From contig OY759746.1 in NCBI GenBank assembly GCA_963662795.1, positions 1,440,001-1,504,000 of the forward strand: a stretch of 64,000 nt of DNA. Direction: 5' to 3'. Of this stretch, positions 39,889 to 49,715 are shown one piece after another (the first letter of the stretch is position 1; each line of letters opens with the position of its first letter). The notes under the pieces are model-generated. The model saw only the letters and a list, made by a program, of their open reading frames with translations, searched no databases and was not told the DNA's origin. The DNA comes from Spirochaetia bacterium (GTDB lineage: Bacteria > Spirochaetota > Spirochaetia > CADAEX01). Both the position numbers and the translations under genes were made by a program.

Positions 39889-41211
39889 ATGAAAATTGCT
39901 GTTATCGGAACAGGATATGTAGGACTGGTTTCCGGCGCGTGTTTCGCGGAATTCGGCTGGGACGTTACATGCATTGATAAAAATACGGAAAGGATAACTT
40001 CCCTTGAAAAAGGGGTCATGCCGATATATGAACCGGGACTTGAAGCGCTTGTAATTAAAAACACATCCGCGGGAAGGCTTTCTTTTTCTCTTGAATACGC
40101 GCCGCATGTTGAAAATGCCGATATCGTGTTCATTGCTGTCGGGACTCCTGAAAGAAGGGGCGGGGGCTACGCTGATCTTACCTATGTTTATCAGGCAGCG
40201 GCCGAAATAGCTCATCACCTGAAAGGATATACTGTAATAGTTGATAAAAGCACTGTTCCTGTAGGAACTGCGAGAAATGTGGAAAGGATAATAAGAGAGC
40301 AAAATCCTGAAGCTGATTTTGATGTGGCATCAAATCCCGAATTCCTCCGTGAAGGGTCCGCGATCGGGGATTTCATGAGGCCGGACCGGGTTGTTCTGGG
40401 CGCTGAAAGCGATAAGGCGAAGGAAATGCTTAAAGAACTTTACAGGCCGCTTTTCCTTCTTGAGACGCCGATGCTTATAACCGGCCTTGAAACCGCGGAA
40501 CTTATAAAATACGCGAGCAACTCGTTTCTTGCGGCAAAGATTTCTTTTATTAATGAAATCGCGAACCTCTGCGAAAAGGTGGGGGCGGATGTCAAGGATG
40601 TTTCCCGCGGAATGGGACTTGATAAAAGGATAGGCTCTAAATTTCTTCATGCAGGCCCCGGATACGGCGGCTCCTGCTTTCCAAAGGATGTTTCAGCTCT
40701 TGTCAAAATATTCCACGATAACGGTATGACGGGCCGTATCCTTGAGGCTGTCGTCAATGTGAATAATTCCCAGAAATCCCTTATGGTAGGCAAAATCAGA
40801 TTTGCACTCGGAGGCAGTGAATACGGAAAAACAATCGCCATACTGGGGCTCACTTTTAAACCCGAAACAGATGACATGAGGGAGGCACCCGCGCTAACCA
40901 TAATTCCCGCGCTTCTTGACGGAGGGGCGAAAATTAGCGCGGCTGACCCGGCAGGGATAAACGAGGCAAAAAGACTTCTTCCTGAAGGGATCTCATATTT
41001 TGATGATGCCTATGAGGCCTGCAGGGGAGCGGATGCCGTTGTTCTTCTTACCGAGTGGAATCAGTACAGGGCCCTAAACTTTAAAAAGCTTAAAGATTTG
41101 ATGACTGGAAGGATTTTCATTGATCTTAGAAATGTATTTAATTCCATGATTCTGAAGAACGCAGGATTTGATTATTTCTGTGTCGGGCATGGTGAGAGGG
41201 TTCAGGAGTAG
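39889..41211 (+). CDS. ugd: UDP-glucose 6-dehydrogenase
   Basis: GTGYVG, KSTVPVGT, NPEFLREG, GYGGSCFPKD, FKPETDDMRE. Confidence 0.95.
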   Translation: MKIAVIGTGYVGLVSGACFAEFGWDVTCIDKNTERITSLEKGVMPIYEPGLEALVIKNTSAGRLSFSLEYAPHVENADIVFIAVGTPERRGGGYADLTYVYQAAAEIAHHLKGYTVIVDKSTVPVGTARNVERIIREQNPEADFDVASNPEFLREGSAIGDFMRPDRVVLGAESDKAKEMLKELYRPLFLLETPMLITGLETAELIKYASNSFLAAKISFINEIANLCEKVGADVKDVSRGMGLDKRIGSKFLHAGPGYGGSCFPKDVSALVKIFHDNGMTGRILEAVVNVNNSQKSLMVGKIRFALGGSEYGKTIAILGLTFKPETDDMREAPALTIIPALLDGGAKISAADPAGINEAKRLLPEGISYFDDAYEACRGADAVVLLTEWNQYRALNFKKLKDLMTGRIFIDLRNVFNSMILKNAGFDYFCVGHGERVQE

Positions 41212-41213
41212 GG

Positions 41214-43997
41214 ATGCTGGATTTTTTTTATACACTGTTTATTTTTCCGATTGAAACTGTAATCAGTGTTTTTTACTGGTTATTTCTGCAGATGTTTGAA
41301 ATACACGGGATCGCCATCATCTGCCTGAGCGTTACCGTAAATATTATACTTCTTCCGCTCTACAATGTCGCCGAAAGGTGGCAGCAGAGGGAAAGGAATA
41401 TCCAGGCTCATCTTAAAAATAAACTTGATGATATAAGGGCCGTATTTAAGGGCGCAGAGCGTCACATGATAATAAGGACATATTACCGGCAGAACCACTA
41501 TCATCCATTTTATTCTTTAAGAAATGTGATAGGGCTTGCAATACAGATCCCCTTTTTTATAGCGGCATATCATTTTTTAAGCCATATGCCGATGTCAGCA
41601 AAAACCAGTTCATATTATTTTATTAAAGATCTCATGCGCCCTGACGCGTTATTGACTGTTTCAGGCCTTTCCATAAATCTGCTTCCCGTAGTCATGACTG
41701 TGATAAACCTTGTTTCCGCGTTTGTTTATTCCGGCAAGCTTCAGAAAAAGGAAAAAAACCAGCTTTTTATAATGGCGCTGCTCTTTCTTGTACTTCTTTA
41801 TAATTCTCCGGCCGGGCTTGTCCTTTACTGGACAATGAATAATGTGATATCCCTGATCAAGAATATTATAAACTCAGGCCGGAATCCCAGGAAGTATTTT
41901 TATATTACTCTTGCTGGTTTTGCAGCTTTCATGTTTGTTTACTCCCTGTTGTTGAGATATCCCCTGTTCATGAGACTGGCCGGCCTTGATGGGTTTGTTT
42001 TTAAGGCAAAAAAAATACGGCAGATAAATATAATTACAGGAAGTTTTTTTGCTTTTGTTTTATTGTTTCCGGTATTTTCAAAATTTATCCATAAAGCAGT
42101 TGAAAATATATTTTCAGGATTAAAGAATTCCCTAAAGGACGGAACAGCTGTTTTTGCGTTATCGTGCATAATATTGTTTATGCTGACAGGCCTTGTTGCC
42201 CCTTCATTTCTGATTTCAGGTTCTCCGCTTGAGTTTGCGGAAGTTATCTCCGGCGGCAACTATAACCCCTCCTGGGCAATAGTTAAATCTGCACTGCAGG
42301 CCTTTTCCCTGTTTATTTTTATTCCTTCTGTAATTTATATCCTTTTCTCCAGGGATGTAAAAAAATACCTGATCCTTTTATCTTTCCTTTTTGCGGTGAC
42401 GGCTCTTGTAAACATTTTTATCTTTTCCGGCTCCTACGGGGTAATCAGTCCGGATTTTACATTTGATAATTCACAGATACTGAAGCCTGAAGTGTATCAG
42501 GTTTTTCTTAACTTTTCTGGAATAGTATCTGCTGCGGCTCTAAGCGTTTTCTTAATTAAAAAAAAATATTATAAAATTATAAACAATTTATTAATTATAA
42601 TAATAATTTCACTTGCAAGTATTTCTGCTTTTAATATACATAAAATCAATTCAGAATTTCGCCACATGCTTTCCTATAATTCTGTTTTGACTTTTGAGGA
42701 AAAAAATCAAAAATCCAAGAATATTTTTACTTTATCAAAAAAAGGAGAAAATGTTTTTGTTATAATGTTGGACAGGGCCCTTGGCGGACTGATGGGTGAG
42801 GTTTTAAACCATAATCCTGAGTTTCTGGAGCAAATGACGGGTTTTGTCTGGTATCCAAATACAGTTTCTTTTAACGGACATACCCTGCTGGGCGCACCGC
42901 CTCTTTTCGGCGGTTATGAATATACGCCAGTTGAAATGAATAAACGTGATAAATTGCCGCTTGTAGATAAGCATAATGAAGCTCTTCTCGTAATGCCTCG
43001 TATTTTTCTTGAAAGTGGATATGAAGTTAAAGTTACAGATCCGAGTAATGCCAACTATTCTGAAATACCGGATCTCAGTATTTTTAAGGAGTATCCCGGC
43101 ATAAAGGCAGAATTAATTGTCGGTAAATTCACCTCAGACTGGATTAATGAAAATATTAAAGATGATTCAAATAGTAACATTTCAGAAGTATTGAATGAAT
43201 ATCTTCTAAATTTCAGTATTTTCAGAATAGCACCTAATTTCCTTCGAAGCAGAATTTATGACAGCTCCAGATGGTTAAAGCCTGTTAAGGCAAACCTTCC
43301 TCTTAGGTTCATAGACAGTTATTCTATTCTTGATTATCTCCCCAGGATAACAGGGTTTGATGCGGAAAAAAATACTTTCAATATGACTGTTAATTATACA
43401 ATTCATGAACCCAGAATACTTAATATATACTTACCTGAAGAGTTCAGAAGTACTCTGTCAGAAGATTTCAACTATAAAACTTCAATTCAGGACAGCTATA
43501 CGCTTAAACATTTTTATACTCAGATTGGGGCATTTCAAAAACTATGTAAATGGTTTAATTATTTAAAAGAGAATAATGTTTATTCCAATACAAAGATAAT
43601 AATCGTTTCAGATCACGGCCGTCGTGATATAGTCGATCCGTTTTTTATTAACTTTTCAGATGATAATAAACTAACAAATAATTATACATATTATCATCCT
43701 TTACTGCTTGTAAAAGAATTTAATGCAGAAGGAAAACTAAAAATCTCTGATGACTTTATGACAAACGCAGATGTTCCATCAATTGCTGTTTCACATCTGG
43801 ATAATGGAGTTAATCCGTTTACAGGCAACCCAATTAAAGGTGAACAGAAGAAGGACGGAGTGGATATTGTAACAGTTCATACCTGGAAAGAAGATCTTAA
43901 CTACAGTAAATATAAATTCAAATTTTCAGATAAAGATATTATTCATGTAAAAAATAATATTTTCATAAAAGAGAACTGGACTGGGATTATTAAATGA
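41214..43997 (+). CDS. YidC-like domain fused to membrane linker and sulfatase/LTA-synthase-fold domain
   Basis: N-term IQIPFFIAAY, PAGLVLYWTMNN; C-term IMLDRA, GHTLLG, IHEP, VSDHG. Confidence 0.8.
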   Translation: MLDFFYTLFIFPIETVISVFYWLFLQMFEIHGIAIICLSVTVNIILLPLYNVAERWQQRERNIQAHLKNKLDDIRAVFKGAERHMIIRTYYRQNHYHPFYSLRNVIGLAIQIPFFIAAYHFLSHMPMSAKTSSYYFIKDLMRPDALLTVSGLSINLLPVVMTVINLVSAFVYSGKLQKKEKNQLFIMALLFLVLLYNSPAGLVLYWTMNNVISLIKNIINSGRNPRKYFYITLAGFAAFMFVYSLLLRYPLFMRLAGLDGFVFKAKKIRQINIITGSFFAFVLLFPVFSKFIHKAVENIFSGLKNSLKDGTAVFALSCIILFMLTGLVAPSFLISGSPLEFAEVISGGNYNPSWAIVKSALQAFSLFIFIPSVIYILFSRDVKKYLILLSFLFAVTALVNIFIFSGSYGVISPDFTFDNSQILKPEVYQVFLNFSGIVSAAALSVFLIKKKYYKIINNLLIIIIISLASISAFNIHKINSEFRHMLSYNSVLTFEEKNQKSKNIFTLSKKGENVFVIMLDRALGGLMGEVLNHNPEFLEQMTGFVWYPNTVSFNGHTLLGAPPLFGGYEYTPVEMNKRDKLPLVDKHNEALLVMPRIFLESGYEVKVTDPSNANYSEIPDLSIFKEYPGIKAELIVGKFTSDWINENIKDDSNSNISEVLNEYLLNFSIFRIAPNFLRSRIYDSSRWLKPVKANLPLRFIDSYSILDYLPRITGFDAEKNTFNMTVNYTIHEPRILNIYLPEEFRSTLSEDFNYKTSIQDSYTLKHFYTQIGAFQKLCKWFNYLKENNVYSNTKIIIVSDHGRRDIVDPFFINFSDDNKLTNNYTYYHPLLLVKEFNAEGKLKISDDFMTNADVPSIAVSHLDNGVNPFTGNPIKGEQKKDGVDIVTVHTWKEDLNYSKYKFKFSDKDIIHVKNNIFIKENWTGIIK

Positions 43998-45280
43998 AAT
44001 TCCAATTTTACATCTTTTATTTTATTTTTATCAACACGTTTCTTGTACAGGCTTATATAGATCCGGGTACAGGGAGCATGCTGTTTGCCGTGCTGACCGG
44101 AATAATCTCAACTCTTTTCTTTGCCGGAAAAACACTGTTTATAAGACTGAAGACTTTGCCGTTCTGGTATAAAAAAGATAAAACAGCAGTTTCCGGAGCA
44201 GAAAGAAAGAAATATGTTTTTTATTCTGAAGGAAAGCAGTACTGGAATGTCTTTAAACCTGTTATTGATGAATTCATCAGGCGTAAACTTTCATGCAGTT
44301 ATTATACATCGGATAAGGAAGACCCGGGCCTTGAAGTCTCATCTGAATTTGTTAAACCGGAGTTTATCGGGAGAGGTAATATGGCCTATTCAAAACTGAA
44401 TATGCTTGAGACTGATATCTGTGTTATGACAACTCCCGGTCTTGATGTTTACCAGCTTGAAAGATCTAAAGGGGTAAAGCATTACAGCCATATACTCCAT
44501 GCGGTAGACGATACTACCCTCTATAAACTTTTCAGTTTTGATTATTATGATTCCATGTTTCTTTCAGGGGAATATCAGAAAGAAAGCATCAGGGAGCTTG
44601 AGGCTAAAAGGGGAACAAAAGAGAAAGACCTGTATGTCACAGGCAGCACATATCTTGATGTTCTCTCATCAAAAGTAAAAACGCTTGATGTAAAGAGAAA
44701 AAATGATGTGATAACTGTTCTCGTATCTCCATCATGGGGAGACAATTCTCTTTTAAAAAAATTCGGACTTAAACTGCTTCTTCCATTGGTTAAGTCAGAA
44801 ATGCGTGTAATATTAAGGCCGCATCCGCAGTCGTCCATTTCTGAAACAGAATTGCTTGATAATATAAAAGAAGGTCTTAAGGATTTTAAAAATGTTGAAT
44901 GGGATTTTTCGCGGGAGAACATAACGTCAATGGCAAGATCTGATATAATGATTTCAGATTTTTCCGGAATTATGTCTGATTACCTGTTTCTTTTTTCAAA
45001 ACCTGTTATCTATACGAGTTATGAATTTGATAAAAGAGGTTATGACTTAAGCGATGTCGAAGGAATCCCCTGGAAATTCAGAATGCTGAAAGAAGCGGCA
45101 GTTGAAATCGGTGAAGAAAATTTTAATGATGTTTCAGCAATAATCAAAAAAACACTTGCCAGCGATGTTGTTTCCAGAAAAATTGAGGAAGCTAAAAACA
45201 CTGCATGGTTCTATCAGGGAAAAGCAGGCGAAAAATGCGCCGATGCGCTTGAAAGTATTCATTCAAACCTTGAAAATTGA
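43994..45280 (+). CDS. CDP-glycerol:glycerophosphotransferase-like with YIDPGTGS-TM anchor, paralog of 15567..16892
   Basis: MTTPGLD, SPSWG, LRPHPQS, ISDFSG. Confidence 0.8.
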   Translation: MKFQFYIFYFIFINTFLVQAYIDPGTGSMLFAVLTGIISTLFFAGKTLFIRLKTLPFWYKKDKTAVSGAERKKYVFYSEGKQYWNVFKPVIDEFIRRKLSCSYYTSDKEDPGLEVSSEFVKPEFIGRGNMAYSKLNMLETDICVMTTPGLDVYQLERSKGVKHYSHILHAVDDTTLYKLFSFDYYDSMFLSGEYQKESIRELEAKRGTKEKDLYVTGSTYLDVLSSKVKTLDVKRKNDVITVLVSPSWGDNSLLKKFGLKLLLPLVKSEMRVILRPHPQSSISETELLDNIKEGLKDFKNVEWDFSRENITSMARSDIMISDFSGIMSDYLFLFSKPVIYTSYEFDKRGYDLSDVEGIPWKFRMLKEAAVEIGEENFNDVSAIIKKTLASDVVSRKIEEAKNTAWFYQGKAGEKCADALESIHSNLEN

Positions 45281-45304
45281 TTCATCGGAACGGGAGGCGG
45301 TAAA

Positions 45305-45787
45305 TTGAAATATGACAGATGTGTAGTAAACGGCGTATTTGATCTTTTTCATGTAGGGCACGTGAGGCTGCTGCAGAGGGCAAAGGAGATGTTCAAAGAA
45401 GTCGTTGTAACAATCGATTCAGATGAACTTACAATGAAAGAAAAAAGAAGACCGATATTTAATCAGGATGAACGGCTTGAAATAGTAAAGGCATGCAGGT
45501 ACGCCGATGACGCTCTTATTATCGACCGTTCGTGGGGGCCGCACGCGGTTGACCCTGCAATGGTTGATGACTTCATGAACAAGTACAATGTAGATGCTGC
45601 TTTTGTCGCGGCTGACGATGAGGAATATGTTAAATACTGGTTCGGGCATTTGCACAGCCAGGGGCGGGTGGTAATTGTCCCGAGGACAAAATACATATCA
45701 ACAACGCATGTGATAAAGATCGTAAACGGTGAAATTGTAAAGGAAGAAAAAGTGAACCTGCTTAACGGCGGCGGACAGGGTAAATGA
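45305..45787 (+). CDS. Cytidylyltransferase (TagD-like HxGH family)
   Basis: GVFDLFHVGH, PRTKYISTT; GGAGG upstream of TTG. Confidence 0.82.
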   Translation: MKYDRCVVNGVFDLFHVGHVRLLQRAKEMFKEVVVTIDSDELTMKEKRRPIFNQDERLEIVKACRYADDALIIDRSWGPHAVDPAMVDDFMNKYNVDAAFVAADDEEYVKYWFGHLHSQGRVVIVPRTKYISTTHVIKIVNGEIVKEEKVNLLNGGGQGK

Positions 45788-46818
45788 AAAAAATTCTTGT
45801 GACAGGGGGATGCGGTTTTATAGGCTTTCACCTTGTAAGGGAGCTTGCGGGAGGTGATTTTAAAATTACCGCGCTTGATTCCATTAACAGCTATTATGAT
45901 CAGGAACTGAAATACCGCAGGCTTGAAGAACTTGGTATCCGAAAAAGCGATATAGCGGATAACAAAATGCTCAAATCAAAGCTTTTTTCGGATGTTGAAT
46001 TCATCAAACTTGATACGGCTGAGAAGGAAGAGCTGGATAATCTGTTTAAGGAAAAAAAATTTGATATTGTATGCCATCTTGCCGCCCAGGCCGGGGTACA
46101 GTATTCGCTGGTCAATCCGCAGTCGTATATTGACAGCAATATAACGGGGTTTTTGAATGTTCTTGAATCCTGCAGAACATACGGCCCCCGAAAACTTGTT
46201 TATGCGAGCAGTTCGAGCGTTTACGGCAATAATGTCAAGCAGCCGTTTGCGGAATCCGACAGGACCGACAGCCCTGTGAGTATGTACGCGGCAAGCAAGA
46301 AATGCAACGAGCTTATGGCCGGAGTCTACAATTCCCTTTACGGACTTAAGTCCGTCGGATTGAGGTTTTTTACGGTTTACGGCCCCTGGGGAAGACCTGA
46401 TATGGCCTATTTCAAGTTTGTCAGGAAGATTTTAAACGGAGAGCCGATTGAGGTTTACAATAACGGAGTAATGAAGAGGGATTTTACATATATCGACGAT
46501 ATTACCGAAGGGCTTAAGAGAGTTATTACTTCCTTTGCCGAAAGCGGTGAGGATGTAAAATCAGAAATTTACAATATCGGCAGGGGCAAGCCAGAAGACC
46601 TCGTATCGTTTATTGAAACTATTGAGAAAAACCTTGAAGTCAGGGCTGAAAAAAAATATATGCCATTCCAGATCGGAGATGTGGAAGAAACCTTTGCCGA
46701 TGTTTCGCTGCTTGAGAAAGATTACGGCTATAAACCCCATGTTGACCTTGAAGAAGGGATCAGGGAGTTTGTGAAATGGTATAAGGCCTGGAATTCCTCA
46801 GGCAAACCTTTCTTTTAA
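45784..46818 (+). CDS. UDP-glucuronate 4-epimerase
   Basis: GGCGFIG, HLAAQAGV, YASSSSVYG, YAASK, FFTVYGPWGRPDMA. Confidence 0.9.
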   Translation: MKKILVTGGCGFIGFHLVRELAGGDFKITALDSINSYYDQELKYRRLEELGIRKSDIADNKMLKSKLFSDVEFIKLDTAEKEELDNLFKEKKFDIVCHLAAQAGVQYSLVNPQSYIDSNITGFLNVLESCRTYGPRKLVYASSSSVYGNNVKQPFAESDRTDSPVSMYAASKKCNELMAGVYNSLYGLKSVGLRFFTVYGPWGRPDMAYFKFVRKILNGEPIEVYNNGVMKRDFTYIDDITEGLKRVITSFAESGEDVKSEIYNIGRGKPEDLVSFIETIEKNLEVRAEKKYMPFQIGDVEETFADVSLLEKDYGYKPHVDLEEGIREFVKWYKAWNSSGKPFF

Positions 46819-48111
46819 AAACTTTTTCAGCGCTTCATCGGAATTATCAATTAAAACTGATTCCTTTTTTAAGTTTAAAAGCTTTTCAAGCTGTGCCGGG
46901 AGCGGAGGGTTTTTACCTGTAGCTTTTTCAACTACCTCGAGAAACTTTCCGGGGTGGGCAGTGGACAGGGTTACAACCGCAGTCGCCCCGCTCCTGCCCG
47001 GCAGGGTTTTAATATATCTTTTTGCCGCCGTATAACCCACAGCAGTGTGCGGATCAATAAACCTTTTTTTCTTTTCATAAAAATCCCTTACAGCTTCAAT
47101 TGTCTCATCATCATCTACCCATTCCCCTGTTATCATTTCACCCATCTTTTTGTAATCATCCCTGAAAATATCCTTAAGCCTCTCGAAGTTGCTTGGGTTG
47201 CCGACATCCATGGCATTTGAATATGTCAGAACTGATGGCCGGGGAGTGTAAATTCCTGACTCAAGATATTCGGGCACTTCCCTGTTAAGGTTTGTCGCTG
47301 CGATAAACTTTGTTACGGGAAGGCCCCACCTGGCGGCAAGTACGCCTGCAGTGAGATCTCCGAAATTCCCGCTTGGAACAGAGAAAACAATATCGCTGTA
47401 TCTGTCTTTGAGCTGGTTAACCGCCCAGACATAATAAAACGACTGCGGAAACAGTCTTCCGAGGCTTATGGAGTTTGCGGATGTCAGAGGAAGGGCTGAG
47501 AGTTCGTCGCTTACAAATGCGTCCTTTACCATCCTCTGGCAGTCGTCGAAAGAGCCTTTTACCTCAAGCGCTGTTACATTGCCGCCGAGGGTTGTAAGCT
47601 GTTTTTCCTGGAGAGGGCTTACCCTTCCGGAAGGATAAAGTATTACTACCTCGATATTGTTTCTTTTGTGAAAAGCCTGGGCGACAGCGCTTCCCGTGTC
47701 TCCGGATGTCGCGGTAAGGATTATTGCTTTCCTCTCCTCGTCTTTCAGAAACTCTTCCATGGCGGCGGCAAGAAAGGACGCCCCGAAATCTTTAAAAGCG
47801 CATGACGGGCCGTGATAAAGCTCAAGAATAAACATGTTTTCATCGGCAGATGTCAGTTCCGGTTTAAAGGGAAAAGCTTTCCTGCATACGCTTTCCGCCC
47901 TGTCCGGTGTCAAATCGTCTTTAAGGACAACAGAGGACAGAGCTGATGAGGACTCAATAAAAGAAGTTTTACTGTCCATTGATTTGAATAGATCTGACAG
48001 GTCAGGGTATTCGGCGGGGTTGTACAGCCCTCCGTCAGGCGCAAGCCCCTGAAATACCGCTTCGCGGAAACTTACCATGTTTTCCCTGTTTCTTGTGCTG
48101 TAGAATTTCAT
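46798..48111 (-). CDS. thrC: Threonine synthase
   Basis: GLAPDGGL, HGPSCAFKD, ATSGDTG, VPSGNFG, STAHPGKF. Confidence 0.95.
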   Translation of the reverse strand: MKFYSTRNRENMVSFREAVFQGLAPDGGLYNPAEYPDLSDLFKSMDSKTSFIESSSALSSVVLKDDLTPDRAESVCRKAFPFKPELTSADENMFILELYHGPSCAFKDFGASFLAAAMEEFLKDEERKAIILTATSGDTGSAVAQAFHKRNNIEVVILYPSGRVSPLQEKQLTTLGGNVTALEVKGSFDDCQRMVKDAFVSDELSALPLTSANSISLGRLFPQSFYYVWAVNQLKDRYSDIVFSVPSGNFGDLTAGVLAARWGLPVTKFIAATNLNREVPEYLESGIYTPRPSVLTYSNAMDVGNPSNFERLKDIFRDDYKKMGEMITGEWVDDDETIEAVRDFYEKKKRFIDPHTAVGYTAAKRYIKTLPGRSGATAVVTLSTAHPGKFLEVVEKATGKNPPLPAQLEKLLNLKKESVLIDNSDEALKKFLKERFA

Positions 48112-48132
48112 TTTTATCTCCTTGTCAGCCGG

Positions 48133-49518
48133 TCAGCAGCCGAGAAATGTTTTGTGGATTGCGTTAATCGCCTTTACTGTTTCTTCTTTTTTTATTATGA
48201 ATGAAAGATTTCTCTCGGATGAGCCCTGGGCAATAGCCAGGACGTTTATGCTGTTTTCTCCCAGAGTATTGAAAAGTTTACCGGCAATACCCGGTGTTCC
48301 TCTCATGTTTTCCCCGATTATGGCAATTATCTCAAGGTTTTCAATCAGTTCAAACTGCTGAATCTTTTTGGAATCAAGTTCCTCCCTGAGGTTGTCATTA
48401 AGACCTCTAAGCGCCCTTTTGGAATCTTCCTCAAGGCATACAACGCAGATTGTGTGTTCCGATGATGCCTGTGATATCATGATCACATTTACCTCGTTTT
48501 TGGCCAGGACGTCAAAAACCCTTGATGCAAATCCCGGAAGGCCGAGCATGCCTCCCCCCTCAATGTTGATGAGTGAAACGTTATTGATGCTTGCTATCCC
48601 GGTAATCGGCCTGTTATTGGGCTTCGGGGTTTTTATTATCATTGTTCCCGGGGCTGAAGGGTTAAGTGTATTTTTTATACATATCGGTATCTCATTTTCT
48701 ACTGCAGGTATCATCGTATACGGATGAATTACCTTCGCTCCGAAGTATGAAAGCTCCATGGCTTCTTCCACGCTTATCTCCGGTACAACAAAAGCTGTTT
48801 TTACAAGTCTCGGGTCTGCGCTCAATACTCCGTCAACATCTGTCCAAATTTCAATCACATCAGCTTTTATTCCGGCTGCAATTATGGATGCTGTGAAATC
48901 TGATCCGTTCCTTCCGAGTGTTGTGGTTGATCCGTCTTCCGCAGACCCTATAAAGCCTGTAATTACAGGAATACCGCTGATCCCGGAGAGCCTGTCCCTG
49001 ATCAGGGGGTAAGATTCGTCATATTTTACAGAAGCTCTTGTATACTGATTATTGGTTTTGATAATCTCCCTTGAATCAACATATTCTGAATCAACTCCAT
49101 CTGAGTGCATGTATGATGCGATAAGAAAATTATTAAGCCTCTCCCCGAAGCTCGCGACAAGGTCAAGACTTCTCGGGGAACACTCTTTTACAAGTTCAAT
49201 GCCGTGAAGAATATTTGTAAGCTCTTCAATCATCTCTTCTATCTTTGCAATGACATTTACCGCAGTATTTCCGCTCATCAGTTCTTCGGCCGCATTCTTC
49301 TGCCTTGTCCGCAGCAGTTCAATATTTTTCCTGTATCCGCTATTGCCTGAGGCAGCTGTTTTTGACGATTCAATTAAAAGATCAGTAATTCCTTTCATTG
49401 CTGAAAAAACTACCGCTATTTTCGCATCTTTCCTTTCATTTTTTACTATTGCACAAACCTGTCTGATTTTTTCGGCATCCTGCACCGAGCTTCCGCCGAA
49501 TTTCAATACCTTTACCAT
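48133..49518 (-). CDS. Aspartate kinase with two ACT domains (no homoserine dehydrogenase domain)
   Basis: KFGGSSV, TLGRNGSD, WTDVDG, SYFGAKVIHP, ISQASSE / IAQGSSE. Confidence 0.92.
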   Translation of the reverse strand: MVKVLKFGGSSVQDAEKIRQVCAIVKNERKDAKIAVVFSAMKGITDLLIESSKTAASGNSGYRKNIELLRTRQKNAAEELMSGNTAVNVIAKIEEMIEELTNILHGIELVKECSPRSLDLVASFGERLNNFLIASYMHSDGVDSEYVDSREIIKTNNQYTRASVKYDESYPLIRDRLSGISGIPVITGFIGSAEDGSTTTLGRNGSDFTASIIAAGIKADVIEIWTDVDGVLSADPRLVKTAFVVPEISVEEAMELSYFGAKVIHPYTMIPAVENEIPICIKNTLNPSAPGTMIIKTPKPNNRPITGIASINNVSLINIEGGGMLGLPGFASRVFDVLAKNEVNVIMISQASSEHTICVVCLEEDSKRALRGLNDNLREELDSKKIQQFELIENLEIIAIIGENMRGTPGIAGKLFNTLGENSINVLAIAQGSSERNLSFIIKKEETVKAINAIHKTFLGC

Positions 49519-49715
49519 TGCTTAAGTCCTTATCTCGTCAGTTGGAATCAGAAAAATATATATCATTTTTTTAACTTTTGTTTAAGTGTACCGGTGGTAT
49601 AATAATACGGTAAAACCTGATGCCGGGAAAAAAAGGTGGTACAAAACCTCTTTCCTGCTGTATATTTTATATAAAGGGTTTTCAGATGTGCCCATAATAA
49701 TTAAAAAGGGTTTTT

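Noticed and set aside
41214-43997. Housekeeping yidC
   Set aside because: No rpmH/rnpA/yidD/jag context, no P1 domain, groove Arg apparently absent, and fused to a sulfatase-fold domain.
49519-49715. Lysine riboswitch, T-box or thr attenuator upstream of the aspartokinase
   Set aside because: Short divergent intergenic region with no recognisable aptamer or Thr/Ile-rich leader peptide.
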